Shown: piece after piece, positions 49,340 to 62,357 of the stretch
Layout of the letters: the number at the start of each line of letters is the position of its first letter
Numbering within the stretch: position 1 is the first letter of the stretch
Assembly (NCBI GenBank): GCA_965285935.1
Contig: OZ260667.1
Coordinates: forward strand, 5,952,001-6,016,000
Reading direction: 5' to 3'
Source: Ophelia neglecta
Lineage: Eukaryota
Length of the DNA stretch: 64,000 nt
The notes under the pieces: model-generated
What the model was told of the DNA's origin: nothing
The model's input: the letters and a program-made list of their open reading frames with translations, nothing else
The model's database searches: none
Translations under genes and position numbers: made by a program

Positions 49340-51105
49340 GGGTTTTCTTGCCTATAGGACAAGGTTTTCTTGTCTAAAGGACAAGGTTTTTTGCCTATAG
49401 AATAATGTATTCTTTACTATAGGACAAGATTTTCCTTTGCAATACTACAAGGTTTTTGTCAAGGTTTATATACCTATAGGACATCGTTTTCTTTGCTATA
49501 GGACAAGGTTTTCTCGCCTATATAACAAGGTTTTCTTTCCTATAAGTAAAGGTTTTTTTCGAGGTTTTTTAGCCTATATTACAAGGTTTTCTTTCCTATA
49601 AGACAAGGTTTTCTTTCCTATAGGACGAAGCTTTCTTTCCTATAGAACAAGGACAAGGTTTTCTTGCATATAGGACACGGATTTTTGCCTTTAGAACAAG
49701 GCTTTCTTTCCTATAAACAAGGTTTTCTTTCCTATTAGACAAGGTTATCCTCCCTATGGAAAAAGGCTTTCCTATAAGACATGGTTTTCTTTACTATAGG
49801 AGAAAGTTTTCTTTCCTATAGGTCAAGGTTTTCTTTCCTAAAGGGCAAGGTTTTTTGCTTATAGAACAAGGTTTTTTTCCTATAAGATAAGGTCTTCTTG
49901 CCCATAAAACAAAGTTTTCTTGTCTATAGGGATAAGGTTTCTTGCCTATTGGACAAGGTTTTATTTCCTATTGGACAAGGTTTCTTGACAAGGTTTTCTA
50001 TCTTATAGGACAAAGTCTTTTGCCTAAATAACAACGTATTCATTTCTATACAAAATGGTTTTCTTTCCTATAGAGCAAGGTTTCTTTCCTATAGGGCAAA
50101 GATTTGTTGCTTATAGAACAAGGTGTCTTTCCTATAAGACAAGGTTTTCTTGCCTATATAAAATGGTTTTCTTTCCTAAAGACAAGGCTTTTTCCAAGGT
50201 TTTTTGCCTATAGGAATAGGTTTTCTTTACTTAAGGACAAGGTTTTCTTTCCTATAGCACGAGGATACTTTTCCTATAGGACGAGGTTTCGTGTCTATAA
50301 GATAAGGTTTTCTTTCCTATAGAACATGGACAAGGTCTTCTTGCATATAGGTCAAGGATTTTTGCCTTTAGAACAAGGTTTTCTTTCCTATAAACAAGGT
50401 TTTCTTTCCTATTAGACAAGGTTACCTTCCCTATGGAAAAAGGCTTTCCTATAAGACATGGTTATCTTTACTATAGGTCAAGGTTTTCTATCCTAAAGGG
50501 CAAGGTTTATTGCCTAAAGAACAAGGTTTTTTTCCTATAAGACAAGGCCTTCTTGCCTATAAAACAAAGTTTTCTTTTCAATAGGACAAGGTTTCTTGCC
50601 TATATAACAAGGTTTTATTTCCTATAGGAAAAGGATTTTGGACAAGGTTTTCTATCTTATAGGACAAAGTTTTAAGAACAAGGTTTCCCTAACTACAAAA
50701 CAGTGTTTTCTTTCCTACAAAACAGGGTCTTCTTGTAGAACAAGCTTTTCTAGACCAGAAGATAAGGTTTTCTTTCCTATAGGACGAGCATTTCTTTCCT
50801 ATAACACGAGGTTTCTTGTCTATAAGACAAGGTTTTCTTGTCTATAGGACAAGGTTTATTTGCCTTTAGGGCAACGTTTTCTTTCCTAGAGGACCAGGTT
50901 TTTTGCCTATAGGACAAGGTTTCCTTATCTATAGGCCAAGGCTTTTTTCCCCTATAGGAAAATGTTTGCCTGTCTATAGAACAAGGTTTTCATTCCTATA
51001 GGAAAACGTTTCTTGCCTATAGGGCAAGGTTATCATGCCTATAGAACAAGGTTTTTCTTCCTATAAGACAAGGTCCTGCCTATAGGCCAAGGTTTTCTTT
51101 CCTAC
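49340..51105. repeat. Degenerate satellite, ~22-bp unit (ctataggacaaggttttctttc), with a larger segment duplicated
   Basis: Recurring unit; block ~49630-50020 recurs at ~50310-50670. Confidence 0.92.
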
Positions 51106-54100
51106 AGATTGGCAACCAGCCAGAAGCACATGAATGCAATGTTTACAGGGGCAATGACCCTGAGGTGAAACCTCGAGATCGCGCACGACTAGAGAGTCCA
51201 AATGCCAATTGTAGGTTATTCACTGATTTTCACAAGTGAGATTAAGAGGGAGATGGTAACACTGTATTGCTGACAATGACGGATGGAACCATTTCGGAGG
51301 TGCTGCCCTCTGTTGATGGGAACTTTCTCGGTGGTGCTGCCCACATTCATTGGTGTGATCTATCAGTTGAAAGAACGTACCCATACTCATGCATCACTAT
51401 GTAAAGTAGACCCTCGGCACAGTTGTGCATTGAATAAAATCTGATTGGAGTGAAGTGATTTTTATTTTTGCCACAAAAAACGCTACCACTTACAATAGTT
51501 TAAGTGCAGAATTTAAAGTATTAATGTAATGTAGAAAATTCTCTGTGGGAATATTGTGACAAGAAGGGAAATTGAAGTTCCATGGAACTTATTGTATCCA
51601 CCCAGATATAAAGTTCTAAGGCACTGATTACTTTAAATGTTTGAAATACTACAAAGTACCTATGCTATCAAAATGTAAGCAAAATCTATATATATATGGG
51701 AAGACATAATATTTGATAATCGAGTCAAACACCCAGCATTTAACATTTCAATTGATTAGGTGGTCCAGCCTGGTAAATATCGCTTGCCCCTTTTTTATAA
51801 CACTACAGTTACTAGTTTAAATTAATGGAACAGGCCCACCTTTTTCAAAGCTCTTAGGAGTCGGCAGCTTTCCCAGGCGAGACAAGTAGTCAGGCCATCT
51901 CAGGCGGAACTGGTGATGCATTGAGAGTCATCAGAGCGGCCACATGTGTATAGCGGTGTGTCATGAATGGTTGTGTGTGTGTGGGTTGACTTGATATAAG
52001 TATTATGACCCGAGGACAGATCCAACGGGAGGGAATTTATGGGGGTAGTTGAAAACAGTGGATGATAGTTAGGGTATTAGACAGCTGTCATATAGGGCCT
52101 ACTCTTTTTCTACTTTCCTCTCTGAGTAATGGCTTTCTATACAAGAGCGTAACTAGGGAGGTTCAGGAGGTTCGTCCGTACCCCCCTTTGTCAGTTGACT
52201 TAATTTAAGTTTTCAAAAATATATTATTCTACAGTTCGAACTGGAACATGTAAGAACCACCACAAGAAAAACCCGTGTTGATCCATTTCATTTCGCGCTG
52301 AGGTGACCCCCTTCCCTTTGTTGAAAGCTGGGAACGCCTCTGCTTTACTCGTGGTTGAAGGGGGAGGGGGGGGGGGGGAGAGGTGTGGACCGTATTTCCT
52401 TCCAACCCACAAATCGTTCAATTCCCTGAACCTCCAACACCTCACCTCTCATTCTCCCCTCCATCCTCTCTTGCCCATTTTCCAACTCCCCTTCTCACCC
52501 CGATTCCCACATCTCCAATTCTCCCTCCCTCATCCCCACGCCAATTTTCCTCATCTCCCCCTAACTATTTCCCCCTCCCCCGAGATTTTTCCTCCCCCAG
52601 GATTAGGTTCCCCGCTATACCTGCGGATTTCCACTCCCCCAAAAAATGATTCCTATATAAAGATAAGCCTCCCCCCCTCCCCCCCCCCCCCCCCAGAATT
52701 GGCCTCCCCTCTTTCCCGGGATTGGTCCTGCCGAGGCCATCCACACCAGGAAGTTATATCCACAGTTTTTCCCTCCCATCATATGGACCACAGCCAAGTG
52801 TGTGGCCACTGACCTGAAACTCACGTTCTCTCCCTCAAAAACTACCCAACGCATCTATTAACAACAATATATCATGGTTTCTACGTACTAAACGATGTTT
52901 TCTATCATTAAACACTTTAAATCAACCCTACTTTTCAATATACACAGAGATTCATAGATAACAAATTGAAAGATACTCACTTTGTTGATGTCATTTGAAT
53001 TAAAGCAGGAAGCAGGAGGTGTCAGGTATGGGATGATCCTGGTAGCTTATCCTATTGGCTATGTTTCCTGAGACAGGCGTGTCTGAGACCATCGCTATAA
53101 GCCCAACGTTATCTCATATTGTCCAAGTGATGGTGATATAAAGTAAAAATCTATACTAAAATGCTAGCCTCCGCCCTTAAAGTGACCTATATGAATACAA
53201 CAGGAACTAAAATGATTATTAGTGTTCGGGTTTACCACGGTGACGGAATAACTCCAATCTGACAAAATCCAAGATGATTCATTAACCATTCAGTAGAATA
53301 AATGTTTCCTAAAGCTCCCGATTAGTACACAATGGTGTATAATGTGCTTGTTAACCTGGGACACGCTTACATCTTATGAGGCCTTCTCCGGAGGATGGTT
53401 GACTTGTATTGAATGTGACATCAAGGCACCATGGGAGCCAGGGGTAGGACACGGGGTCAGCGCCCCCTAGGTGTACGGGAGCGGGTTTAGCCCCCTTTGG
53501 GAACACGGGTCAGAACCGTTAGGTGGGGGGAGGGGTAGGGTCATGGGGTTAGACGGGGGACACCGGGTCAGAAACCCCTAGGGGGGGGGGGGCATAGGTC
53601 ACTCTAGGGAGACACTGGGGCCAGGGCCTCTTAACGGGGACGATAAGGGCAAGGGTCATTTAAAAGGAAGTCATCTAGAGGGACTCGAGGCTTAGGCAGA
53701 CATGATCCCGTAAGGGAAAGGACCCCCTAGAGGGAAACATAAAGGTTGGGAGGGGGTCATAACCTCTGATGGGAACAATGGGGTCAGGATCCACCAGGGT
53801 TTGCGGGATGGGCGGGCGGGAGGGGGGGGGGGTCAGCAGAGATGGGGGGGGGGGCCAGGACCCTTCATTGGAGTTTCACCTGGGTCATGAACTCCTAGGG
53901 TAGAGAAGGGCCATGACCCCCATTGAGGTCCCCCGTTTGTACGTGTAGGAGAGATCCCCCCTCCCATATATGTTTAAATAGGTGTTCGATGTCAGCACAG
54001 CCAGCCGCCTGTGAAATGGGTGTAGTGCTATATTGTACAGCCTTTGTTTCGTTATACATGGCCCTATTGATGCATGCAGCGTTTTGTAAGAAAAAAAATG

Positions 54101-55604
54101 GCAGGGAAGTTGTTTATTTTATCAATAGATAAAGTTCCATAGAGGTAGTGAAAGGGGAGGGTGGGAGGAGACAGTTTCTCTTACCCCCCTCTCCTAGATT
54201 TATTACCTGTTGTTTTCCTGCTATCACATCTGCGCCTTTGTAGTATATATGGTGTTTAAGGACATGCTTCAGTCAATTTCCGTGCGCCGGCTACAAGTGG
54301 AATAGCTGTGGGCATACGTTAGGAGGAATGGTTCCTTAAGAATGCCGACTATGGCATATAGTGTCTGTATCAACATGTATGGAAATGCCTGTGTCATTTG
54401 TCAATATTTTAGGAAAAGGATTTTTTTTCGAAATGAAAATATCTTTCATCGTTATGTAAGAACATGTAAGTGCCTGCTATCGATTTTTTTTCTAAATTGA
54501 TTGTGTCGTGTGTTAACAAAGCCCCGTAGCTAACTTCCGAAGGAGGGGTTCAATTTCTGAGAAAGGGTTGTGTCGCAAGTGCCCAAGCATGCTATGGCGT
54601 CCCGGAGGGGGGGGGGGAGGTGCGCGGACTAAGGCCTGACCTAGGACTATAGACGCAATTATTGCATTAATAGGCCTACTCTGTTGGTCTATAGCAGTAC
54701 AAATTCTGCACAGTTGGTATACCCGTATATATGCCTTTACATGTCCTGGCAGGCAACCTCGGCGGCATCAACATGTTTCCAGATAAGGGGTGGTTTCAAA
54801 TCATGTTGTGAACTAGTAAGGTTGTAGGAACATTTTGCGTCGTGTAAAGGTCATAGGCCTAATTTATATCGCCATCATTGGCCCGCCTATGGTCCTCGTC
54901 CTCGCGAACCAGAAGGGCGGCCATTTTAAAATTCACTTTATCAATAAACAATGCCCAGGTTCCAGGGACGTAATTAAAATACTGGTATCTTACATGTTGA
55001 ATCGCGTGCCTTGCTGGTGGTTTTCAACTATTCACGATATTTTGCATGCTTAGCTGTTGTGTGTTTGTGAAAGATAATAGTTCAGGCAACATCATATCAA
55101 ATAGTTAGCATAGCGTTAGTTGTCAAATGTTTTTCTATGTTGCATGAAGAAATGATCCTTTGTCATCTGTTTATGTCCATGTGGGTACCGGTCTCCTAAA
55201 ATGGCCCACTCAGAGAGTATGACATGTCTTTGCCATTGCCACCATTATGCGTCTTTGTATAATCCCTAAATAATAAGAACTTATATCTATTTAATAAATA
55301 ATACATATTCCAGCATGCTATATTCCAGCATACTATGCTAGGCTAGCTTTTTTGGCCAATCAAAGGCCAGATAGTCAGATATTTTTTTAACCACAGAAAT
55401 TCGACCAGTCTCTATAACATTACCTTTATTGACTACATCTCATTGTTGTGCGATTTCCTTGTTCAGCGATTACGTTACCAAAGAATGATGTAGTTCAAAT
55501 AAACTACTTAAACCGGGAAATTTTGCAAGCTGAGATTTATGGGAATTGAAAAAATCAGAATATCCTGCTTGCGAAAAAATCCTATCTGCTCGTACCGTTC
55601 CTGG

Positions 55605-56612
55605 CCCTAGACCAAGTCCTGAGCCTCGACAGTCTGCTCTGCTGCCATAGACCCAGTCCTTTGCCTATACTGTCTGCTCGTATACCATAGACCCAGTCCT
55701 GGGCCTCTACCGTCGACTCTGCTCCAATAGACCCAGTCTTGGGCCGCTACCGTCTGCTCTGCTCCAATAGACCCATTCCTGTGACTCTACTGTCTGCTCT
55801 GCTCCAATAGACCCAGTCCTGTATCTCCACTGTCTGCTCTGCTCCAGTAGACCAAGTTCTGTGTCTCTACTGCCTGCTCTGCTCCAATAGACCCAGTCCT
55901 GTGTCTCTACTGTCTGCTCTGCTCCAATAGACCCATTCCTGTGACTCTACTGTCTGCTCTGCTCCAGTAGACCCAGTTCTGTGTCTCTACTGCCTGCTCT
56001 ACTCCAATAGACCCAGTCCTGTGTCTCTACTGTCTGCTCTGCTCCAATGGACCCAGTCCTGTGTCTCTACTGTCTGCCCTGCTCCCATAGACCCAGTCCT
56101 GTGTCTACTGTCTGCTCTACTAAAATAGACCCAGTCCTGTGCCTCTACAACCTGCTCTGCTCTCATGGACCCAGTCCTGTGTCTCTACTGTCTGCTCTGC
56201 TCTAATAGACCCAGTCCTGTGTCTCTACTGTCTGCTCTGCTCCCAGAGATACAGTCCTGTGTCTCTACTGTCTGCTCTGCTCCCATAGACCCAGTTCTGT
56301 GTCTCTACTGTCTGCTCTGCTCCAATAGACCCAGTCCTGTGTCTCTACTGTCTGCTCTGCTCCCATAGACCCAGTCCTGTACCTCTACTGTCTGCCCTGC
56401 TCCCATAGACCCAGTCCTGTGCCTCTTCTGTCTGCTCTGCTCCCATAGACCCAGTCCTGTGCCTCTACTGTCTGCTCTGCTCCCCTAGACCCAGTTCTGT
56501 GTCTCTACTGCCTGCTCTGCTCCCATAGACCCAGTCCTGTGTCTACTGTCTGCTCTACTAAAATAGACCCAGGCCTGTGCCTCTGCTGTCTGCTCTGCTC
56601 CAATAGACCCAG
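55605..56612. repeat. Minisatellite, 40-bp unit (atagacccagtcctgtgtctctactgtctgctctgctcca), ~25 copies
   Basis: 40-nt periodicity with no spacers. Confidence 0.97.
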
Positions 56613-57375
56613 TAGCGATAGAGGACAGATAGCTAGTCTAATTTGGCCCTACTTATCTCAGGAAAGCACCCTCAGGGCATATGTTGAAAACGTTTAATAT
56701 AGAAAAAAATATGGTGAAAAGCAATCAGCCCAAGTTTCCGGCTCCCAAACTTTCTTGGTTGACAGTAGCTATTGGTTCCCATCTGAAATTGTAACAATTA
56801 TAGCTATTGTAACACATCTGACATTGTAACAATTATAGTTATTGTACCACATCTGATATTGCCCAGACTCTGGATTGTGAAGACATCACCATAAAGGCGA
56901 TTGTCACTTTTGTAAAAAAAAAACTGTTAATATTTAGTAAATTTTAAATATGTGTACATATACTTAGATAGTTAATACTTCTTCATACCCTGCTACCTAT
57001 ACTGTTTGGGTTCTACACTTTGGAAGAAACCCCTTCCAAAAACTGTTGCATACAGCAATATTTAGTAATTAAAATAAAAACTTTTTCTTCTTTTTTACAT
57101 GACGTGATTTTTTTACCTATAATCTTTTTGGTGAAAGTGCGAAACGTAGGCTGGAACAAGTGTTACTGAAAATTAATGATTGAATTACTTGTCTGTACAA
57201 AACTAGCTTACCTATAACAATAAATAAAGTCAATACTTTTAAACAGAAATGCGTTTATTGTATACATGTACATAGATATAACCTGAAGAGGCTTGGATCA
57301 CTAGGTAAACTGTACGGATATTTGATACATATACATAGATATAACCTTTACAGGCTTATAAACACTAGGTAAACT

Positions 57376-57795
57376 TGGATATTTGATGCATGTTTATGCC
57401 GGAGGAACCTCTCAAGGAAAGCATAGCCTAAATGTCTAACTGGCTCAAGCGGTCACTCTAACTAGGACTAATGTCACTCTATCTTGGTCAAAGAATATAC
57501 TTGAACAATAACACTACGCTGGATATTTGATGCATATTTATGCCGGAGGAACCTCTCAAGGAAAGCATAGCCTAAATGTCTAACTGGCTCAAGCGGTCAC
57601 TCTAACTAGGACTAATGTCACTCTATCTTGGTCAAAGAATATACTTGAACATTAACACTACGCTGGATATTTGATGCATGTTTATGCCGGAGGAACCTCT
57701 CAAGGAAAGCATAGCCTAAATGTCTAACTGGCTCAAGCGGTCACTCTAACTAGGACTAATGTCACTCTAACTTGGTCAAGGGATATACTTCAACA
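57376..57795. repeat. Three near-identical 144-bp tandem units downstream of the cGLR stop codon
   Basis: Units start at 57376, 57520 and 57664. Confidence 0.95.
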
Positions 57796-58422
57796 ATATA
57801 AATATGCATGTATCTTTTACTGCCCATCAAGTATGGAATTAATTTACTATGAATTATGGAAGGAACATTTTAATAATAATGAGCTGTGATCAGCGCCTTC
57901 ACGCATCTGTTCACAATATTCTTATAATTTCATATAAACTGAGAAACTGAATTTTTATTTATTGTGAACTGTGTTCACTTAGATGCACCCCCCCCCCCAC
58001 ACACACACACATAGTTTTGTGTAGCTTTGAATTCTTATTCACATCCATGGGTCAGTCGGGGACAATTAGTTCCCGAACATTTAGGTCCCGCCCTTTCAGG
58101 TTCCAACTGTACAGTGGTATATAGGTCTGGCACTGAGTGGCCCCCATGACCCAGGCATCCTATAAAAATATACATCCCTTTAATATATTATTTATAACTT
58201 TATAATATTATTGGTGACCTCTTAAAAGATGAGAATCTGCCCAATTGCTATCTATGGCTCTAAAGACATACTACTTAAACACTCCTTTGCAGCTGGACTT
58301 CAACGTGGGGATAGCTTAGTTATCATACTCAGCCAGGTATTTGTTCAGCACGTCTCTTAACACACAGGTTGAATTTCTATGGGTCATACTGCTATTGTTT
58401 CTCTGTATCGGTTCAGTTATAG

Positions 58423-61400
58423 TCATTTACCAAAACATGCCTCCATCAATTTATCATGCTTGTCAAGGTATTTGGTTAGGACATGTATGAACACCTCAGT
58501 GGTTTCATTGATTGCCTTATGCAGTGGCATCAACATCATCCGCCTCGCCTGCTTCATACGCATGACACACTCAACAACAACCTCCTTTCTGTGTTGTCTC
58601 AGAGCTAGTCTCCCCAGGATGTAGAAACCTAGCATGGCAGGGTTGATACAAACCATAATATCAGTACCTTCCATCAGGGGGCAGTAGAGCAGCCTGTCCT
58701 CTATCCAGGTAAGGTTATCCAGATCCAAATTACGGTTTAACACAACCTGAGACAACGCATTGAGGCATTCGGGGGACTGTCCCTCCGTCTCCAACAGCGG
58801 CTGTAGATCGGCCATGACCCTCTCCACCTTGTCCCACTCCCCATTCAGGTAATACAGCTTAGCCAGGCAGACATAGCCACTTAGTCCCCCGTCACTGTAC
58901 CCCTCTGGGTAGGTCATGTTTACACCTTTAGTATAGTAACTCTCTGATTTCTGGTAGCATTCCTCCAGTAGCTCAGGAGGGGTGTCACCACTCTGCCCTC
59001 TGTAGTATGTGCATAGGCAATGGTATACATCTCCCAGGATTCTATACAGTGCTGGTCTGAATGTGTCCATGTGGTTGGGATTTACAATAGAGCGCAGTTT
59101 CTGTATAACAGGCAGAATAATTCCCTCCGGGAATTTCACCAGTTCAGAGCTGGGTGATACCCTGATATGAATCTTCAGTGATTTATAGATGGCTGGAAAG
59201 GAAGGTGATGACCAGCTCCCTGCCGAGACACGTTCCCTCTCCACAAACCATTCACTACCTGGTGCCAGTATGAGTGTAGCCTCCTCCAGCACCTGGACTG
59301 CCTTCTCCTTGTCACAGCCAAGTAGGGATGTCAGTAGTTGTCTGCAGTCATCTGGTGAAGGCTTACCTACTGGGGTAATGTTCAACTGGACCCGAATGTC
59401 ATTGATAACAGCTGACAGGGGACCATCCATATTTACACTACATAGAACATGAAGACCCAGCTGGGCCTTCACTTCTCTAAGTGTCCTGGCCATCTCCTGA
59501 CATGTGTCCTGGGGTAGATGGCCGATCAGATTCTGCTCCCTGATGAAGTAGTGTGGTAGTCTCTGAGCCTGGTAACATTCGGTCAGCCAATCTAACACCT
59601 TCCTGACAGTGTCCATGGTGTCTTCTGTGTGATCACAGAGCTCAGCCACCCACAGACAGGCCACCTTAAGGAAGTAGGAGCAGATGGGCTGTTGCTGGTC
59701 TGGAGACATGCTTTCCTTCCAGAGGTGTTTTTTCAGTGCCTTGAGAACATACATGGAACCAGCCATCTCTGGACGTAGGTGGTGTATAAGCTCCCTCTCA
59801 GCCACAGAGAAGCTCCACCTCCACTCCAGGCCCCTTCTCTCTGTGGACTCATGTCCGACCCCCACGACATGGCAGCCAGCCTGCTGTATGTGGCGCAGCA
59901 GGCTCTCTGGGGGCCAGTCATGTGACCTGGGGCGGAGTAAGAACTCCTGGGCACAGGGCGGCCAGGAGGGACAGTAAAGACAGCCCACTTTATCTAACAT
60001 ACCATACTCGGGCATTTGACTGGACACCAGCCCTGTGCCTGCTGGTCCATGAACTGTGTCTCCCTCCTGTAATGTATGACTAACAAACATGGAACTAGAA
60101 AGGTAATTAGTATTATTGTGATTTATTACTGATTTGGTTATTTCATCTAACGAGAAAGCCACTTCTTCAGGTACCTTGAGCCTGAGATAGGCCGGCTGGT
60201 CTGGGTTACCATCCACTATGACATGTCCTCCCCCCCTGTCAGACTGGTAAGGGCTACTCTGGGCTGTGACATGTCTTGTCATGCCAGTCTGGGCAGTTTT
60301 ACCCTGATCTGTGATGTGTCCTGTCCTTGTCTGTGTGTGCAGGGTGATATGTGATGTCGAGGGGCGGTGTAATACTGTGGGGTAGAAGTGATCGGTGTAC
60401 ATCTGATCCACATCCCCCCACACATCCCTTGGCATCCCCTCGAACGCGCTACCTGAGGTTATAACCTGCAATGGACAATATCCCAGCTGATACTGACTGT
60501 CATACAAGGCCTGGTTGATCCTAATCGAGGACACCCTCATCTCCCTCTCTATACACTTGTATCTAATAGCACTCCCCATGAACTTGTCCAGGGCCCTTAA
60601 CACTTCCTGAGACTGTGGTGTCGGGACTGATGTGGAGGGCTGGCTGGGTCCAGACAGGGCCCTTAACACTGCCTCAGACTGTGGTGTTGGGACTGATGTG
60701 GAGTGCTGGCTGGGTCCAGACAGGGCCCTTAACACTGCCTGAGACTGTGGTGTGCGGACTGATGTGGAGGTCTGGCTGGGTCCAGACAGGGCCCTTAACA
60801 CTGCCTCAGGCTGTGATGTGGGGACTGATGTGGAGGTCTGGCTGGGTCCAGACAGGGCCCTTATCACTGCCTCAGACTGTTGTGTGGGGACTGATGAGGA
60901 GAGCTGGCTGGGGCCTGAAAGGGAGACAAGTAGTATCTTGGTACAAAGCACACAGCAACAGTTTAAATGAAAAATAGGTAATATTTTTACTATTTACATG
61001 CCTTTTGACGGAGAAAAATACTGATTACGATTTAAGATGTGGAAGTGTGGATCTGGCTATGATCAGGTCCAGATTGTGAGTGTATGAGTTTATATGATGG
61101 TACTAACTGTTAACCCAGGTATTGGCGTCAAAAACAAACCAAACCACACATTACTTGGAAGGTAAACCAGAGCCTGAGCCAAATCCTGGTTTAGAAATTG
61201 CCGATTTCTTGCATAGTTCTGTTCCCTGTCAGGACTTCCCTTTTAGACCGAGGTCCCGGGTTTGTCGGGTTTTTACACATTTAATTCACCTCCAGTCATG
61301 ACATGATTCGTGTATTCTAACTAAAGGAGCTTGGTTCATAGGCTGCTACTTTTGACTGAATCTACGTGCGTTCCATAATTCAAAGGCCCCAGCCTAAGAA

Positions 61401-62357
61401 AAGTACTCTATACATAGTTGAAAAGCCTTGATGACTTCTAAGCTGAGAAGACTTCGTTCGTGCTGGGGAAAAATATAATTATAATGGAGAAGTGGGGCAA
61501 TGCTAAAGTGAGAACTCACTTTACTATTACTGAGTTATTGCGAGTTTTTGAGGATACGGTTTAGACAGCTGGCTAAATGTTTGAAGTTTGTTAAGTCGTG
61601 TACACTATGGTGCCTCTTTCAATCACGTGATAGAGCCATTTTGAAATTTAATAATTTCTTACAATGCTGATCTCCTCAGGGGGCAAGCAGCATGGCACTT
61701 TAATATGTTTCGATTATCATCAGCAGCTGAATGATTTCGTCCCATTACAGGATGAGTGTGTTGTGTGTGACATCATACATTCATTAAGTACAGGTTCTCT
61801 TGGGTGCATTTTATTTAAAATGTCCCCAGTTGGCCGTCTTATGTTAATGACTTTGTTATAGTGTAAAAGCCTAGACTCCTAAAAGCAGCCAGTCTCTAAT
61901 ACTGTAGGAGCCTAGACCCCTCAAAACAGTCAGCTCAATGCCCCCCCTCCCCTCCTCCCCCTCACATCACACGCTCAGAACCGCCTCCCCCCCCCCTATG
62001 CCACACACGTAGACCCCCCCCCCCTGCCACACATCACACACTCAGAGACGCCCCCTCTCCCTCACAAACACACACTCAGACCTTCCCCCCCCCCTCCCCC
62101 TCGTATCACACACTCCACCATCCACAGCTTCTCCGCCTTTCTCCCAATTCTCTCTCTGGCTCCTCATTTTTTTTATATCATTTAAGAAATCGTGTATTTC
62201 AGTTTGGATATCATAGACCATAATAGAACATAAAGGTGGCAAATGATTATAGCTCAGGGTCTATCCTTGCAGCTTGATAAACATTGTGATAAACATCATA
62301 TTTACCCGATCTCAAGGCCTTCCTGGATTTATCTAATTCTGTGTTTGCTCGCTCCAT
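58423..62357 (-). CDS. cGLR: cGAS-like receptor (cGLR; Mab-21/MB21D nucleotidyltransferase) with N-terminal 22-aa repeats and C-terminal TPR-like helical region (2 coding exons, ~847 aa)
   Basis: Exon 62357-62306 (MERANTELDKSRKALRS, phase 1) joins exon 60914-58423 for 2544 nt open. NTase signature ITSGSAFEG..GDVDQM; HGPA..LDKVGCLYCPSWP; WPPESLL..GCHVVGVG..EWRWSFSVAERELI; ICSYFLK; LPHYFIREQNLI. The symbol is a family label only. The first exon is less certain than the large one. Confidence 0.9.
60589..60914 (-). repeat. Coding tandem repeat, 66 bp / 22 aa (SGPSQxSTSVPTPQSEAVLRAL) x5
   Basis: cagggccctta recurs at 60589, 60655, 60721, 60787 and 60853. Confidence 0.95.

Noticed and set aside
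52981-53067. Exon-like segment (cag|...|gtgagt on the minus strand) sharing tgctttaattcaa with the second mucin exon
   Set aside because: It has a stop in the phase-1 frame and only a 13-nt match. It could be a 5' UTR exon of the IPT gene but this cannot be supported.
60915-60951. N-terminal MLCTKILLVSLS of the 842-aa ORF as a start or signal peptide
   Set aside because: It begins at a non-ATG codon and is the polypyrimidine tract and acceptor (cttgtctccctttcag) of the intron.
61685-61730. Hammerhead-like CTGATGA...GAAAC on the minus strand
   Set aside because: No stem II pairing and no valid NUH cleavage triplet. The tandem arrays also lack hammerhead cores.
62042-62242. Protein-like 66-aa ORF in the cGLR intron
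   Set aside because: No convincing acceptor/donor pair in a compatible phase; it runs into a low-complexity tract.
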